A stretch of DNA of 64,000 nt, from the NCBI GenBank assembly GCA_963726195.1, contig CAVSBO010000003.1, forward strand, positions 1-64,000, read 5' to 3'. The notes below the pieces were generated by a model, which was given only the letters and a program-made list of their open reading frames with translations, was not told where the DNA came from and ran no database searches. Positions 1 through 13,239 of this stretch are shown in pieces; position 1 is the first letter of the stretch; each line of letters starts with the position of its first letter. The DNA is from Candidatus Thorarchaeota archaeon (lineage in GTDB: Archaea > Asgardarchaeota > Thorarchaeia > Thorarchaeales > Thorarchaeaceae). Both the position numbers and the translations under genes were made by a program.

Positions 1-2421
1 GCGGGCTGATGCCAAATCCGACTCCATCTTTTTCATGTTGTCGAGCGGGTAGATGAGCTTGCTGAAGTCTTTCGGATGCTTTTCGTAGACCCGTTCAATT
101 GTTGAGTAGTATTTGCTCCTCTCGCGCAGAGTCTTCTCATACTCCTGCTTGTCCTTATTGGACATGGTCTTGATCATGTTGATCATTTCCTCTTGGATGG
201 TCGCGAGGGTCAAACAGACATCGAGTGACTCAAACACATGCTTTGGCTGCGAGGCTAACTGGGCAGGTACTTGGTCAATTAGAGTCTTCATCCTTTCAAC
301 CGATTCTCCCATGCCCTGCTGTTCGAACGTCTTCACGGCATTGTTGATTTGGACATACGCTTCGGAGGCTCGGCTCTTGATTTTCTGAAGCACAACAGGA
401 GAGGTTGTAAGCTTCTGAAGTCTATCGAATGACTCGGCTGCTCCCTCCAGTTCCTCTGGTGGGTTTGACCTGAGATTGGCAAGCGTCTGGAGCTCCTTGT
501 CCAAGTCGACACCAATGTTCTTCGCCTTCGCGAAAGACGTCTCCAGCTTTGTGACTTCGTCCATCAGAAGTGTGATGACCACCGACGAAATCTTCTGCTC
601 ATAGACCTCAATCATTTTGCGTGCTATTGCGGGCAGGCTGAACACGGTTTCCGCGGCGACACCGATGTTGTTGAGTTCAGCAATTCCTTCCTGAACTTCG
701 GGCGGCATCACGACACCTGTGCCCATCAGCTTCGCGGCTGCAAGCCTAATCTTCACGCCGAGTCTGTACCTGAGATTCTCAAGTGCCTCCTTTGCCATGA
801 CGAGAATTGCATCCTTGATGTTTCTCATCTCGGCCCGGATTGCTGCGAATTCATTCAGCTTCTGCAGCTTCTGCTTCCCTTCGTCCAGCTTCTCAGTTAT
901 GGGGAGGAATATCTCCGCATAGGCTGGCTTGATTGTCTGCAAATCCTCGATGATTGCTTCAATTTCCTGATTGCATGCATCGCGGAAAGTGGCCACTCCG
1001 CTGTCGACAGCTTGTTTTAGCTGTGCGAGAGCCTGAAGTAAGTATACGTTTCCGCCAGTCTGAAGATCCTCGACTTTGGGTGCCTTCTTACTAAGCTGGG
1101 CGTAATCGAGGACGCGGTCTGCTGAAGTTGCCAATTCATTGAACCGAGCCATATATGACCGAATTCTATCAGTAATGAACTTCCGCTCCTCTTCCTGCAT
1201 GGTCCTAGCTTTGAGGTAAATCCTCACCAAGGCATCGATGTCTGCCTTATCCAGTTGAGCCCTCGAATCGGCAAGAAACTGCTTTACAGCAGGCAGGTCT
1301 TTGATGCCAGCATCTCCGGGAGCTTCAACTGCCTTGTCGATTTCTTGTAGGATGTCTTCGGTCCTGTCCTTCAGAGCAATTCTGACCTGACCTGTCCACT
1401 CTCCCATTCTCCCTAATGATGAGAGCAAGCTTGCGATGTCTTCGCTTTCTATCCCGGCCGAGGGACCCTGTGGAATGATATCTGCTGTAGTAGGGATTCC
1501 CCCTTCGGCAATCTTGCTCGTGACTTCGTGCTTTATGTTGATGATTTTGTCCCTTAGCATGCTAGCCATCTGAGTTCTAGCTGACTGAAGCTGGTTATCT
1601 AAGCTCATCAAAGTGGTCAGGTTGGTTGCCTTGGCGGCATCTCTGCCAAGGACTCGGAGCTTTTGACTGAAGTCGACCGGCAATTCAAGTCCTAGCCTTG
1701 ATGCGGTCTCCATGGAAACAGAGAGCGAATCGAGGTCTGATACAAGATGAACTGACAGCATACGACTTACTTCATCCTTCCTGCTGTCAAGATAGGTTCT
1801 CTCCGCCTTCAGCTTCTCCGATAGCAGAATGAGATTCATAATCGAAAGAGTGGAGATATCATCAGTAGATGTTGTGGTAGCGAGCTCTCCCTTGTCGATA
1901 CTGACGTGCCTCTCATAAGTCTCCACAGTGCGCTTGTTCTCGTCAAGCAACGTCTTGGTTTCTCTGGAGAGTTGCTGGTATAGCGCTACCGACCGTTTGG
2001 AGAAGGTTTCTGCGAAGCTGAAAAGCTTTTGAAAATCCTCGGTGCTGCCTGCGGCCGCGGACGGAACGTTCGATATGGCGTATGCTTTGATCTCTTCAGG
2101 CTTGAGCATCTGCAATCGTGGCAGAACAGATATGATGTCTTTCTGCTCCTTCTTGAAGAGTTCAGCGAAATCCCTTACGGTTCTCATGAAGTAGTCCTGG
2201 AGGTCGCTGGCAATCTTGTCAGCCTGTGTCTTCACCTTGCCCTTCTTGAGCATGCCAGCTGTTGCTGCATCATTCTCAAGCTTAGTGAGGTTCGCAAAGA
2301 TGTCATAGAGATGATGCATCTGCCTTTCTGCCTGCTCCTCGAGCGATGGGTCGACGGACACAAGCATGGCTTTCATTTCTGCTATCTTGTCGAGTTGTAT
2401 GCGCCATTGACGGCTATCCAA
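1..2421 (-). CDS. Large alpha-helical/coiled-coil hypothetical protein, >807 aa, 3' end outside window
   Basis: Absent from the ORF track, consistent with no stop inside the window. Manual translation from TTG at 2421 (GGAGG upstream) gives MDSRQWRIQLDKIAEMKAML..., and the same frame at the window edge reads ...KLIYPLDNMKKMESDLASAR. Amphipathic helical, rich in K/E/D/L/A. Confidence 0.85.
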   Translation of the reverse strand, partial: MDSRQWRIQLDKIAEMKAMLVSVDPSLEEQAERQMHHLYDIFANLTKLENDAATAGMLKKGKVKTQADKIASDLQDYFMRTVRDFAELFKKEQKDIISVLPRLQMLKPEEIKAYAISNVPSAAAGSTEDFQKLFSFAETFSKRSVALYQQLSRETKTLLDENKRTVETYERHVSIDKGELATTTSTDDISTLSIMNLILLSEKLKAERTYLDSRKDEVSRMLSVHLVSDLDSLSVSMETASRLGLELPVDFSQKLRVLGRDAAKATNLTTLMSLDNQLQSARTQMASMLRDKIINIKHEVTSKIAEGGIPTTADIIPQGPSAGIESEDIASLLSSLGRMGEWTGQVRIALKDRTEDILQEIDKAVEAPGDAGIKDLPAVKQFLADSRAQLDKADIDALVRIYLKARTMQEEERKFITDRIRSYMARFNELATSADRVLDYAQLSKKAPKVEDLQTGGNVYLLQALAQLKQAVDSGVATFRDACNQEIEAIIEDLQTIKPAYAEIFLPITEKLDEGKQKLQKLNEFAAIRAEMRNIKDAILVMAKEALENLRYRLGVKIRLAAAKLMGTGVVMPPEVQEGIAELNNIGVAAETVFSLPAIARKMIEVYEQKISSVVITLLMDEVTKLETSFAKAKNIGVDLDKELQTLANLRSNPPEELEGAAESFDRLQKLTTSPVVLQKIKSRASEAYVQINNAVKTFEQQGMGESVERMKTLIDQVPAQLASQPKHVFESLDVCLTLATIQEEMINMIKTMSNKDKQEYEKTLRERSKYYSTIERVYEKHPKDFSKLIYPLDNMKKMESDLASAR

Positions 2422-2633
2422 AATGCCTGCCTCCGTATGGTACGACTCAAAGTCTGGACTCTGTGTTTATTAAATGAATGTCGCATGTTTTCAATCCTCG
2501 AAAACGTGGAGCAACGAGCGGCAGATTTCCAGCTATGGTGTCAAGTGAACAGTCTTACGGTTCCTTGAGAGTCGAAGCTAATGATTGGAATGGGCGAAGA
2601 GTATGGTGGGTCCAGCGAGAGTAGAATCTCGGT

Positions 2634-3270
2634 CTAGCTGGCGTCCCCGTCGTCGGAATCCTCGTCATCTTCCTCGGATGCTAGGACTTCGCCTCGAACG
2701 TACTCAAGCCAATCCTCGCTTTCGTCTTCGAGCATTGGTTCGATCGAAAACGCGTACTCTGCCGCATCCAAAGCTGAATCATAGTCGTCATTCAGAAAAT
2801 GACAGACCGCGTAGTTGTACCACGTCGCTGCAGAGTTTGGCTCGAGTAGCAGAGCTCTCTCGAAAGCATCCATGGCTTCGTCTATTTCTTCATTGAGCAT
2901 GAGGGTTATCCCGAGCAACTGCCAGTCACGTGCATTCCTCGGACGGAGCCGTAGGCTTTCCTTCAGGGCCTTGATTCCTTCGAGATCTTCGTTGAGAAGC
3001 AAATGTAGGTAGGCCTTGTCCGCCCAGATTCGGCCCGCCCTAGGTGCGAAGACGAGAATGTGGTCGAGTGCTTCTATGGCCTTCTTGGGCTGCCTCAATT
3101 CGAGGTTGCAAGACAGCGACTTGCTCCCAAGCCCTAACATTGGTCGGTTCAACAGATAGTCCCCGTTCTAAGGTCGCAATTGCAGCGTCGAATCTGCGTT
3201 TCCGCATCAAGGCCTCGGCCTTGTCTAGGAACCGTCCGATTCGCGACGGGACCGTATCAATCTGAACCAC
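2634..3270 (-). CDS. TPR repeat protein with acidic tail (one frameshift near 3125)
   Basis: ORFs 3040-3270 and 2634-3152 join into consecutive TPRs (AIATLERGLSVEPTNVRAW, ALLLEPNSAATWYNYA). Confidence 0.85.
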
Positions 3271-3446
3271 TTGGTTGCCTTCTCCTCACGGCGAGTTCAT
3301 AGAAGACGTCGTTTCCTCTATTTCTGGGGTCAAAAACCGCAGAGAAAAAGCTTTGTCTGTTAGCAAAAATGCCGGGGGTGCATGGGAGCCACATGTAATA
3401 TATGACGCCCATGCATCATGGTCTATTTCGGATTTCTCTGGTATCC

Positions 3447-4919
3447 CTAGTGCTGCCAGCCGGTCATCTGGATTCTCACTATGTTGGTCAATAGGAGGCT
3501 TCCCGGAATGACTAGTACAAGTGGGTAGGCCGAGCCTTTAAGCAGTTCACCATTGACCCAACCAGCCACCACTATATTGTTGGTGATCATGTCGTCAATC
3601 AGCTGCGTTGAGTTCAATGTATAGTTCCCGTCATGCGAATCGTACAAGGTCAGATTGTATTTATGATTGGCAAGCGTAGTGTTGAATTCGTAGTGGGGTG
3701 TGTTGTTTCCACCGTCAAACGAACCGACTATGTCCCAGAGTGCTGCGCCCCAATACACGTCTGACCCCACAGTGATGGCACGGCGATGATGTGTAGTACA
3801 CGACGCCATCGAGTAGTAATCACTGTAAGGCATATTCCATGATTGTGGACCCTGCAGTTGAAGGTACCAGGGTTTGACTTCGTCTATGACAGTGATGTTC
3901 ACAACGAGCTTTGCCCACCAAGCGCCATCGGTTACGTACCCATCCTTGTTGAGCATGGCCATTCTCAGAGGTCCGGAACTGCTCGCCAACGGAGTTCCGT
4001 TCAATTTGTATGCCACTATGAGTGTGCAGTTGACTACTCCAACAGAGCTGCCGTTCGTCTTGTCGTATCCCAGAAAACGGCCTTCCACCTCAGTACGGTT
4101 GAAGACAGTCTCATATGCATCAGCGCTAATCACCCTCAGACTGTAGTTAGCAGGAAGTGCGCCGCTCAACGTCAAGAGATCAAGGACCTTGACTCCGGTG
4201 TAGTTCCCGATACCAGTGATGTTTCCACTTGATTTCTTGTACCCAGCTAGTCCTGAAGTCGCTGGCATCTTCATGAGCTGGCTCACAGTGTAACTTCTAA
4301 TCTGACCTCCGAGCTTGACCGTGAGAGCGTCTGCGATTAGGATAGTGTCTACCTTGGAGACGCACTTAGGGCCAGCTGCTCCTGAGTATAGGTCTGATTC
4401 GAATGCTCCTGCACCGTCAGCATTCGAGAAGTATCCATCTAGAGGTAGGAACATGATTCTGAATCCGTCGGTCCAAGTCGGTACTTCTGTACCGTTGTAC
4501 GAAAACGCTAGGACCATGTCACCTTGAAGAGCATACATCGTTGTGTTAGCGTGGACATTTAGGTAGCTAAAGGTCTGATTGTAACCGTCTGTGGCATTGA
4601 TGATTGCCAGCTGGTTGCCAGCCATTCCCCCTGCAAGACCTATCAGGTCTGCTATCTTCACTCCTTTGTACTCACCTGCTCCTCGAATGTTGCCATACGA
4701 GTTCTGGAAAGAACCGTTTCTCGTGATTACGTTCATGGTTTTCATTTGATTGAGGGTCACAACGTGAACCAACCCATCGCTGCCAACCACTCGCACAGAG
4801 GGACCTGTTGTGGGTGTTGTTGGCTGCTGCATTAGAACAAGAACTGCTACCGCAGTGCCGGCTATCACAACTACGATTGCCAACACAGCATAGAGCTTGG
4901 TATTCGTGCCTGAGCTCAT
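3447..4919 (-). CDS. Membrane-anchored protein with three molybdopterin-oxidoreductase-like (Oxidored_molyb) repeats
   Basis: N-terminal TM (LYAVLAIVVVIAGTAVAVLVL) and a Pro/Thr linker, then repeated Y(K/T)GV.l.DL...A.DgY...lA..yNG..l...GPlr motifs. Likely start MSSGTNTK at 4919. Confidence 0.7.
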   Translation of the reverse strand: MSSGTNTKLYAVLAIVVVIAGTAVAVLVLMQQPTTPTTGPSVRVVGSDGLVHVVTLNQMKTMNVITRNGSFQNSYGNIRGAGEYKGVKIADLIGLAGGMAGNQLAIINATDGYNQTFSYLNVHANTTMYALQGDMVLAFSYNGTEVPTWTDGFRIMFLPLDGYFSNADGAGAFESDLYSGAAGPKCVSKVDTILIADALTVKLGGQIRSYTVSQLMKMPATSGLAGYKKSSGNITGIGNYTGVKVLDLLTLSGALPANYSLRVISADAYETVFNRTEVEGRFLGYDKTNGSSVGVVNCTLIVAYKLNGTPLASSSGPLRMAMLNKDGYVTDGAWWAKLVVNITVIDEVKPWYLQLQGPQSWNMPYSDYYSMASCTTHHRRAITVGSDVYWGAALWDIVGSFDGGNNTPHYEFNTTLANHKYNLTLYDSHDGNYTLNSTQLIDDMITNNIVVAGWVNGELLKGSAYPLVLVIPGSLLLTNIVRIQMTGWQH

Positions 4920-5064
4920 TGGCGAGAAAGCCTCCGATATGCTCAGGTGTACCGGTCGATGTCTGATAAAAGCGTTCCTGAAGAGCCCAAGAAGGCGCGT
5001 TGGGTCGAGGCCTTGCACGCAAACGATAAGTGGCACATTCTGCCAGTTCATGATGGTGCCGCGC

Positions 5065-5379
5065 ATGACAAGCTATAGCGGTTCTGGCGAATCGATTGAA
5101 GACCCTATTGTGATCTCCGGTGTCAAGACTGACCTTCAAGCAGTCGATGCTGAATACGAGTACTTGGCCAAGCGGTTTGGGAGAAAGGGCACAGATTGGA
5201 AGCTTGTGTTGCAGAGCCTGCTCGGCTCTGGTAAGAGGAAGATTGACAGTATGGAGATCGAGCTCTCCAACGGTAAGCGGTTGACTCTCTACTTCGACAT
5301 TACGAAATACTTCGGCGTCTTCGATGAATCCGACATGTCCAATCAGAGCACCAAAGGAAAGAAGAAACCCCTTCAGTAG
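5065..5379 (+). CDS. Small hypothetical protein (G.S.EDPIVI...YFDITKYFG type)
   Basis: ATG at 5065 inside ORF 4897-5379. Divergent from the upstream gene and globular-looking. Confidence 0.65.
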   Translation: MTSYSGSGESIEDPIVISGVKTDLQAVDAEYEYLAKRFGRKGTDWKLVLQSLLGSGKRKIDSMEIELSNGKRLTLYFDITKYFGVFDESDMSNQSTKGKKKPLQ

Positions 5380-5411
5380 GGGAGTCGTCCTACCGTTAGG
5401 CAGGAGCGGTT

Positions 5412-5795
5412 CTACCCTACTGTTGCGATGGCATCTATCTCTATTCCTGAGTCTCTCGGCAAAGCGGCTACTTGGACTGTTGACCTTGCTGGGGGATTCT
5501 TTGGGAACCACCTGCCGTATTCAGTGTTCATCTCTTGAAAGTCCTTCATGTCACGAAGGTAGATTGTGGTCTTGACTACCTTGTCCATGGAAGACCCGGC
5601 GGCCTCAAGAACCGTCTTCATGTTATCTAGAATCTGTTTCGTTTGGACCGTGATTGAGCCCGTAACTGCTTCACCGGTCTTGGGGTTAATTGGCACTTGT
5701 CCTGAACAGAAGACTAGTCCCTTCGCCTTGATGGCCTGAGAGTACGGCCCGATCGGCTTTGGTGACTTGTCTGTAAAGACGACTTCGCGACTCAT
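5412..5795 (-). CDS. ridA: RidA/YjgF family enamine/imine deaminase
   Basis: PIGPYSQAI, SGQVP, PPARSTVQV and IEIDAIA motifs. Confidence 0.95.
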   Translation of the reverse strand: MSREVVFTDKSPKPIGPYSQAIKAKGLVFCSGQVPINPKTGEAVTGSITVQTKQILDNMKTVLEAAGSSMDKVVKTTIYLRDMKDFQEMNTEYGRWFPKNPPARSTVQVAALPRDSGIEIDAIATVG

Positions 5796-5858
5796 TTTGC
5801 ATCGATTGAGCGTGCGCTCCGCTGAGTCATTAAGGTGACGGTCCTCTGCCTATGATGG

Positions 5859-6847
5859 CTATTTCTTCTTTGAAGGAGCAGAAGGTGCAGGTGCTGCGGG
5901 TACGACTCTTGTTCCGGTCTCACCACGCAATGCCTTCGTGATGTTTGGAGGGTCGGTGATAATTGCCAACTGGCCACCTTTCTTGACGAAGTCGATGCAA
6001 GCTTCAATCTTGGGAAGCATGCTGCCAGCAGCGAAATGGCCTTCCTTGATGTATCGTTGCGCCTCGTTGATGTCTCATCTTGTCTATAGCCTTCTGGTTT
6101 GGTTTGTCGAAATTCAGGTAAGCCTTCTCGACGGCAGTTGAGATAATCAGTACATCGGCATTGAGGCCACTTGCAAGCAATGCGGAAGCCCTGTCCTTGT
6201 CAATGACGGCGGCCACACCCTCGAGGTCTCCGTTCGGCTTTCTTACGACTGGAATCCCGCCTCCGCCAACCGCATAGACGATAATGCCTTGGGCTATCAA
6301 GTTCTTAATGATAGGCAATTCGATGATTTCCTTCGGGTATGGGAGATGGTACGACTCTGCGCCAACCTCTGCCAGCATCTTCCTTTATTGCCCATCCTTC
6401 AGTCTGAGCTCGGGTCTTCGCCTCTTGTTCTTCTAGGAAAGAGCCAATCGGTTTGTCAGGGTTCTTGAAAGCTTGGTCATCAGTATCAACGCGAACGAGC
6501 GTGACGACGGTTGACACGGGCTTCGTCACTTTTCGCTTTTGGAACTCATTGTACAGTGCTCTCTGAATCATGTAACCGATTGCGCCCTGTGTGTCAGCAC
6601 CACAGTAGTCGAGAGGAACCTCATGGAGTTCCTTCCTAGCGATTTCCGATCTCCTGAGAATGAACCCGACTTGAGGACCATTTCCCGAGGTTATCACGAC
6701 ATCCCAACCTTCTTGGATCATGTCGGCGATGTGTCTGCACGTTTCTGCACAAGCTGCATACTGGTCTGGAACGGTCTGATGCTGCTTGTCCTTTATCAAC
6801 GAGTTGCCACCGATAGCAACCACTGCCTTACGGCCCATCTTTTTCAT
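5859..6847 (-). CDS. arcC: Carbamate kinase (two frameshifts)
   Basis: VVAIGGNSL, GNGPQVG, GWRRVVPSP, GGGGIPV, AVIDKD, and GHFAAGSMLPKIEA in a third frame. Stop TAG at 5859-5861. Confidence 0.93.
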
Positions 6848-7019
6848 CTCCTGTAAATGGAGAACCAAGCGGTTGCTCTTCGACTAATTAAAGGAAACGG
6901 TGAACAGTCCGTAACACGCCCGGGAGGAGGCCTAGCCCGATGCATGAATGTGTAATCGCAAAGAAGCTTGACTTATATACGTCCTCAACAGTAATCAGCT
7001 TACGTGAGGTGGGATTTCG

Positions 7020-7244
7020 TTGGAACGAGAACGCATCTGCCATTATCTTAAACTCATCATTGTGGTTGAACTGGTAGTTACATTCATAGCAGAGGCCGTA
7101 ATCACCAATATGGACCCGTTCTGGATGCAGCTTCTTGCATTTCCCTACCTTCCCATGGTGGATCTCATCACGATTGCTGTCTGGGTCGGATGTAAGAACT
7201 CGGGCACAAGTAGTTCCTCGTCATCGCGTACGTTTCATTTATAG
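7020..7244 (+). CDS. Small two-TM hypothetical membrane protein
   Basis: Two hydrophobic segments. TATA-like TTATATA about 45 bp upstream and GAGGTG just before the TTG. Confidence 0.5.
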   Translation: MERERICHYLKLIIVVELVVTFIAEAVITNMDPFWMQLLAFPYLPMVDLITIAVWVGCKNSGTSSSSSSRTFHL

Positions 7245-7249
7245 TCTAA

Positions 7250-9355
<2,106 letters not shown>

Positions 9356-9473
9356 TAGGGGGAGGCTTCATTCGTCTTTGTGAAGGCTAGCGGTATTATG
9401 ATTACTTGCAGTAGTAGTACAAACGGAACTGGTAGCTAGGGCTAGTCTTATTTGTCGCAGAGAACGCGGAACC

Positions 9474-10961
9474 TTGTCTATTATGACTGCATACAAGTGG
9501 CGCGCGCTCTCTGTTACTTCCCTCGGCTCACTTCTTTCTATCTTAGACGGGTCCATTTTCATTATTGCCTTGCCGAGCATAATGAAAGGGCTCGATGCAG
9601 ATCTTCTGACCGTCACTTGGATTATCATGGGGTACATGCTAATCATGACCCTCTTGGTGCCAACCTTTGGTCGCATCGCCGACATGGTTGGTCGTAAGAA
9701 GTTGTACCTAGGTGGGTTCATTCTCTTTACTGCTTCATCCTTATTCTGCGGAACGGCTACGTCAGGATTTCAGCTCTTGATCTTCCGCATGATTCAAGCT
9801 ATCGGAGGGTCTCTGCTCGTGGCGAACAGTGCCGCGATTGTCACGGATGCGTTTCCCAAGGAGGAATTAGGCACCGCGATGGGAATCAACAGCATGATCT
9901 TCGGCGCGGGGGCTGCGATTGGTCCCGTTCTGGGTGGTCTGCTTCTCCAATTTGGCTGGCGCTTTATTTTCTTCATCAACATCCCAACGGGCACGATTGG
10001 CACCATATGGGGAGCAGTCCAACTCAAGGAAGTGGTGAAATTCCAGAAAAGGGAAAAGTTCGACTGGAGCGGCACCATCCTGTTTAGCATCGGCATTTCA
10101 GGATTATTGGTGGCGTTATCATTTGGGGGTTTTGTCGGGTGGTTGAGCCCCATGATCATGGTCTTGATTCCAGTCGGGACGCTTTGTTTCTTGGTTTTTG
10201 CACAAGTGGAAAAGAAAGCGGAGTTTCCCATGATGGACTTGCGCTTGTTCAAATCATCGCGATTGGCCTACGGGTTTGGCGCCGTGCTACTAAATGCCGT
10301 TGCCCGGGGTGCAGTCGTTTTCCTCCTTACTTTCTTCCTGCAAATCATCTTGGGGCTGAACCCCATCCTGGCTGCAATCTACTTGACTCCCTTTGCTCTT
10401 GCGCAGGCCGTTGGGGCGCCAGTTAGTGGCAGACTTGCCGACCGGTACGGGGCACGGGGGTTGATGACGATTGGCTTGCTTGTATCAGCTATTGGCTTGC
10501 TAGGCATGATGTTTATCTCCATCGATACCTCGTTTCTGGAGTTGGTCTTATGGATGACTCTCATGGGCCTCGGCTCGGGGCTATTCTTCTCCCCCAACGC
10601 CAAGGTGATAATGGAGGTTGTGCCGCCTCACAAGCGCGGCATTGCCACCGGCGTGCGGTCGATGTTGTTTAATGCGGGGAGCGTCGTTAGCACGGGGTTG
10701 GCCTTGGCAATCCTCTCCTCGGCGATATCGCTCAATGCGTTGACGAATCTGTTCCTTGGACTGCAAGTAGGATCTGAAGGCGTGGCAATCGCTGACTTCA
10801 TTGTTGGGATTAGATTCGTGTTCACAATTTCATTCGCGGCGACTTTGCTTGCAGCATTCGTTTCGTCCCGCAAAGGTGTCGCTCCGCAATGGGAAAACAA
10901 CGGCGAGGAGATTCCCGAGGGAGAGGCAGCGAACGTTCCTGCCGGAGAACACTCTTTCTGA
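9474..10961 (+). CDS. MFS transporter, DHA2/EmrB-like (14 TM)
   Basis: GRIADMVGRKK motif A, GPVLGG, WRFIFFINIP. Confidence 0.92.
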   Translation: MSIMTAYKWRALSVTSLGSLLSILDGSIFIIALPSIMKGLDADLLTVTWIIMGYMLIMTLLVPTFGRIADMVGRKKLYLGGFILFTASSLFCGTATSGFQLLIFRMIQAIGGSLLVANSAAIVTDAFPKEELGTAMGINSMIFGAGAAIGPVLGGLLLQFGWRFIFFINIPTGTIGTIWGAVQLKEVVKFQKREKFDWSGTILFSIGISGLLVALSFGGFVGWLSPMIMVLIPVGTLCFLVFAQVEKKAEFPMMDLRLFKSSRLAYGFGAVLLNAVARGAVVFLLTFFLQIILGLNPILAAIYLTPFALAQAVGAPVSGRLADRYGARGLMTIGLLVSAIGLLGMMFISIDTSFLELVLWMTLMGLGSGLFFSPNAKVIMEVVPPHKRGIATGVRSMLFNAGSVVSTGLALAILSSAISLNALTNLFLGLQVGSEGVAIADFIVGIRFVFTISFAATLLAAFVSSRKGVAPQWENNGEEIPEGEAANVPAGEHSF

Positions 10962-11156
10962 TCTGAAGGATATCGATTGCGGTGTCGTGGGAGTGCCAAC
11001 TCGAAGGGGTGAGACAGACGCCATGTTGCCCTTCCTCAGGTCTCTTTTCCACCGCAGTCCGTTCTTTGGCGGAGATTATGTGGTGCCATTGCATCAATGG
11101 CAAGTCATTGATTGAGGCAGGAAATGGTACTCCGTCAGACGGAATCGGAGGATACC

Positions 11157-12438
11157 CTATTTTGACGGAAGTGCGACTTCGCTGTTTTTTGTCTTCCAGT
11201 AGGTTACGTATTCGGGATCTGAGCCAGCCTCGATAGGGTTCTTTGCCACCAAATCCTCGGCTAAGCTTCTCGTGTTTCTGTATTGCATTCTCGATTGCTG
11301 TCCTACCGGCTCTCTTTGACCAAGAATGATATACCTCGTCCTGAAGCTTGGTCATGTCCGGAAATCTAAGGCCGCGCGCTCCAAACCTCATAGCAAGTGC
11401 ACGATTGACCTTCTCCCGACGCCACCAGTAGGACTTCGCGGAGTATGCTTTGTCTCCCACACCGAAACCTGAGTAAACATACGGCGTATCGAACTCGAAA
11501 GGCCAATACACACTCATGCATGGATTTGACGAGCCAATGAACCAGTGTGTCGATTTATCTCCAATCTCTGATATTTGGCTACCCGTTGTTGAGGAGCTGT
11601 TTGAAGGTCCTGCGTGCTGACAAATGGCGGCCACTTCTTGGTTCCAAGGCGTCCAACCGTCAGGATGATTCCTGAGAATCGAGGCCATGCCGAAGAAGTC
11701 CAACTTGCCTCTCATCTGTTCGAGGGTATCTGCTGAACAATGAAGCCTATCATCACATCGAGCAATGTACCTCAGGGCCTCGTTTCCGTATGCCGCCGCG
11801 AAGTCGAAGTCCTGCTTGCTTTCAGTCCAGCCTTTCTCCATAGCGTGCTCAACTACGTCCTTGGAACCAAGGTCCCACTGAGAATGAATAGTATAACCGT
11901 TCGAGATGGAACGCACCGAATCAACTCTCTGCGCCACCCATCTCCTATCTGACGTCTCAAGCACCCAAGCCTCGTCTCTGTCTGCTATGAGAAAGCTGTT
12001 GTGATAAGTATTGACTCCTCCAAGCTCACAGATTCCGCCCTGACCATGTTTTTCCAGAAGCGATGTTATGATATCGAGGGCATTTCGGGCCGTCTTCGCT
12101 CTTTCTAGACCGAGGCGTAGGAGATCCATTCCGAGAAGACCTACCTCGGGTACTTCTTCATTGGAGAAGACTGCCTCATTGCCGATTGCCACGCCATATT
12201 CGTTTGCTCCCATCTCTGCTCCCCAGAGCCAGAAGGGAGACGAGAGGTACACGGCGTATGTTTCCTTAACCTGAGGAATGCTAATGTAGGTGCACTTCAC
12301 AGTCTCGCTCTTGTCGTGCTGGGCCTTCGGCACATACCTAATCACTTGCGGCTCATTAGGAGGCCTATCGCTGTTCTTTCCGAAAAGGGTCCTCCCGTCA
12401 GTAGTGGAGTTCGGAAGGGCGACAAGCGTATCACACAT
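11157..12438 (-). CDS. Peptidase C69/secernin-like Ntn hydrolase (C-terminal frameshift)
   Basis: MCDT N-terminal nucleophile, FGKNSDRPPNE, WGAEMGANEYGVAIGNEA. The true C-terminus (...YVTYWKTKNSEVALPSK*) is in a shifted frame ending at 11157. Confidence 0.9.
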
Positions 12439-12459
12439 TTGCACCACACTCAAAGAGGT

Positions 12460-13204
12460 TCATTTCTTCGGCTGAGGTTCGTTGAGCCACTCTTCCTCAT
12501 AGTCGAGTTCCATGTCACATGCATCTGATACATCTTTGCCAGTCATCGCATCAATGAGCATCTTACTCCTCAGCATGATGCTCTTGTTCTTCATGTTGAG
12601 CGCTGTCGCGAATTCCATTGTTTTCAGCATCAGATCGGTTGGTGCGAAAACTCTGTCTGCGAGCCCGATTTGGAGTGCCTCATGTGCCGAAACGACGCGT
12701 GCAGTGAGAATCAGATCTTTCGTCCTCAGCTGGACCAACCAAATGTATGAGGTTCGATGCTGCGCCTGCTCCGGGGAATACCGAAAGGTCAACCTCTGGA
12801 AACCTGAACCCTGCCGTGTCCGAACAGAACCTGAAGTCGCACGCAACAGCAACCATCGCGCCGAAACCAACAGCATATCCATTAATGGCCGCAATCGTGA
12901 AGCAACTCTTTGCCTGTCTTATTAGGCGGGTTGTTTTCTCTAGAAGCTTGAAGAAAGAGACTCGGTCTTGTCCCTTCAGACTCCGGATGGTTTCTAGGTC
13001 AAAGCCAGCCGAAAAGGCTTTGTCACCTTCTCCAGTGAAGATAATCGTCGTGATGTTTGGATCGTTCGTGAGTCGTCCCACGTTGTCACTGAACGAAGTC
13101 AGCATCTGCCTTGTTACGGAGTTCAGCTTGTCAGGTCTAGAGATTGTGATAGTCGTTACGGGCTCGGCCCTGTCAACCCTGATTTCTCCGTTTGGCTGCG
13201 TCAC
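12460..13204 (-). CDS. Enoyl-CoA hydratase/isomerase (one frameshift)
   Basis: AFSAGFDL, AAINGYAVG, ACDFR, PEV..PGAG, then DLILTARVVSAHEALQIGL in the second frame. Confidence 0.9.
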
Positions 13205-13239
13205 GGCCTAAAGGCGGGTCATTATGAGCATAAATGCTT

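Noticed and set aside
2029-2568. 179-aa plus-strand ORF and many similar antisense ORFs in the track
   Set aside because: Shadows of real genes on the opposite strand; no motifs.
11084-11102. TGCCATTG-CAT-CAATGGCA hairpin as a SECIS element
   Set aside because: No selenoprotein candidate nearby and no SECIS core; more likely a terminator-type hairpin between convergent genes.
10822-11156. C69 ORF extension overlapping the MFS gene
   Set aside because: Caused by a frameshift; a plausible C-terminus ends at 11157 in another frame.
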